DNA from: Tubulanus polymorphus
Lineage: Eukaryota; Animalia; Nemertea
Length of the DNA stretch: 64,000 bases
Assembly (NCBI RefSeq): GCF_964204645.1
Contig: NC_134035.1
Span: 13,576,686-13,640,685 of the forward strand
Reading direction: 5' to 3'
Shown: positions 61,989 through 64,000 of the stretch, piece by piece
Position numbering within the stretch: the stretch's first letter is position 1
Layout of the letters: every line of letters starts with the position of its first letter
Notes under the pieces: generated by a model
Database searches by the model: none
What the model was told of the DNA's origin: nothing
What the model saw: only the letters and a program-made list of their open reading frames with translations
Translations under genes and position numbers: made by a program

Positions 61989-64000
61989 AGGAGACGTCAT
62001 TAAGATGATGCTGAGGTATCATAGCGCCCGCAGCTATCACTGATAACCAGGTGTCACTGTTCTCAAATACCCGAATGATACCGGTTTTTATTAACGACCA
62101 CAAATCTTTCTTCCTCTGTGTTATAATATCAGCAACTCTCCCCAGTTTATCGATTTCATCTCTATTAATCGTATTTAATTTTCTTCTACCCAAATTAGGA
62201 AGACGAGATGCTGCATTTTCTGAATTTTCTGTATAGTTTTTTTTTTAAATTGAATCCGGTTTTGTGTCTTCGGGCTGCAATCGATTCCTGCGAGGGTTCG
62301 GTTTTTGAACTGGGGGAACTTTCTCTAATTAAGTTTTTATAATCTTTCGACGCCGTAAAATATGTTACAATAGGCTAGAAATGATGCCTTGTTTCCGGGT
62401 GACTTTTACAGATATTGAATCACGTGAGTGTCCAGTAGAGACTGGGATTGAACCCTTACCTGGAAGCATACACGAATAGGACGATGTATTTGATGACTGT
62501 AAACAAGCCGGATTAGCTTGTATATTATTGGACAGTGTATAACTCGGCACTTGTGGCATCGAGCTAGAAAATAAAATATAGAAAAAACATACAAATTATT
62601 ATTTTACTGAAACTTAGAAGTCATCGAGAATGAGAAGGTCGTCATTAGTAACTACAATCATAATTCTACTGAATTGTTGAAAAGTTAGCGAGAATAAAAA
62701 ACTAATCATAATTTTTACTGAATCTGAGAAGTCTCGAAACAGAATTAGACGGTTGTCTTCAGTAACTGATCATAATTTCACTGAATCGTAGAAGTTATCG
62801 AGAATGAGAAAGTCGTCAAAGTCGTATAACTAATCATAATTTTACTGAAGTCTTTGACAATGAGAGGTTCGCCATAAGTAACAAATTATAATTTTAATGA
62901 ATTGTTGAAGTCATTGAGAAGTCGTCATTAGTAACTAATCATGATTTTACTAAATCATTCTGAAGTTATCTTTGCCGTATTGATAAGAAATATATACGCA
63001 TTTGTATTTGCAGTGATTTAGACATAGACTGAGTGTGTAAGACCTACAGTAGCTTATCATAATTTCACTTAATCGTTGAAGTAAAGACCTACCTGTATGT
63101 ATCAGCCATAGTAGCTATAGGTTGATGCAATGATGGATACATTCCGTTAGGGAAGCTGCTGTTTATCGGGATACGACTACCGCCGTTAGCCGCGTCTCGT
63201 CTCTGGTTCCGTAATTTCTCTTCGCGCCTCCATTTTGCTCTTCGATTCGAAAACCAAACCTTCAATAAATATACATATAGTATTCATAGCAGATATCTCA
63301 TATTTTAGGTACAGCCTATAATCTGGATAGTGGAGTGCTAGGCAGGAGCATAATAATCGTGGTAAAGATATTTTGAGTGCTGGCAGTAATCTTCAAATTA
63401 TAGATCGTATTTATGTTTAAATGAATACCCCGTAAAATAATTTATTTTCATACTGAATATGAATAAATTATCTTAATAATTATAATGATACATAATAATC
63501 ATTGCTATTACAATTATTACTTTGATATCAGATATCAGAATAACTTTTACTTGGGAAACACATTTAGATAGAAACCCAGACTAGAATCGAAATATTTTCT
63601 GAGATTCTATTTTGCGATGCAATTCTTTTTCTCAAATCGGTGAATGGCGACTTTGAGAATATTTTTGATCGATGCCCCCCTCGAACAAAGTCGCGAATAA
63701 TCTCCAGTCAGAATCTCGGTAATAATCGATATCGTCGCCGCCGATACGAGGGGACTTAATAAACTCATTACTCTCGTGACGAGTTTAAAAGGACCCGGGA
63801 ATGTTTTCACTTTATTATCTACGCATTCAAGCGAACACAACTCGGTTCCTTATTCGACAATAACTATATGCAAATGAGCATTAACATGACGTTTATAGCT
63901 CCACATATATCCGCTTATCGCGCGCACTAGATCCTGTCGCTTCGTCACCTAACTCTTATCGACCGGCGCTGCTGCATTAATTCATGATTTGCGCAAAATG

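Noticed and set aside
49700-64000. Short ORFs downstream of ANKS1
   Set aside because: None shows a recognisable domain or a phase-consistent exon chain; a small or non-coding exon cannot be excluded.

Overview
Animal (bilaterian invertebrate-like, AT-rich) genomic DNA; not prokaryotic. About 1.2-45 kb of the + strand holds one multi-exon gene, an ANKS1A/ANKS1B (Odin/AIDA-1) family adaptor: ankyrin repeats, long disordered linker, two SAM domains, C-terminal PTB domain. I traced 24 phase-compatible GT-AG exons from 1196 to the stop at 44941 (about 1,590 codons); the 5' end lies upstream of the window. The linker has a p130Cas-like array of YxxP motifs. Two splice acceptors are tandemly duplicated, and there are candidate microexons and a candidate alternative first exon. 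Introns carry many minisatellites and MITEs (piggyBac-like TTAA, Harbinger-like CWG/TTA). The most striking non-coding signal is a dispersed and tandem ~165-bp repeat family with a minimal type I hammerhead ribozyme fold (Penelope/retrozyme-like). It includes a 69-bp tandem array of ribozyme cores, and a second, unrelated hammerhead sits inside an inverted repeat. Beyond ~49 kb I see no credible coding exons, only CpG-rich enhancer/promoter-like patches and repeats. All calls were made by eye, with no database searches.
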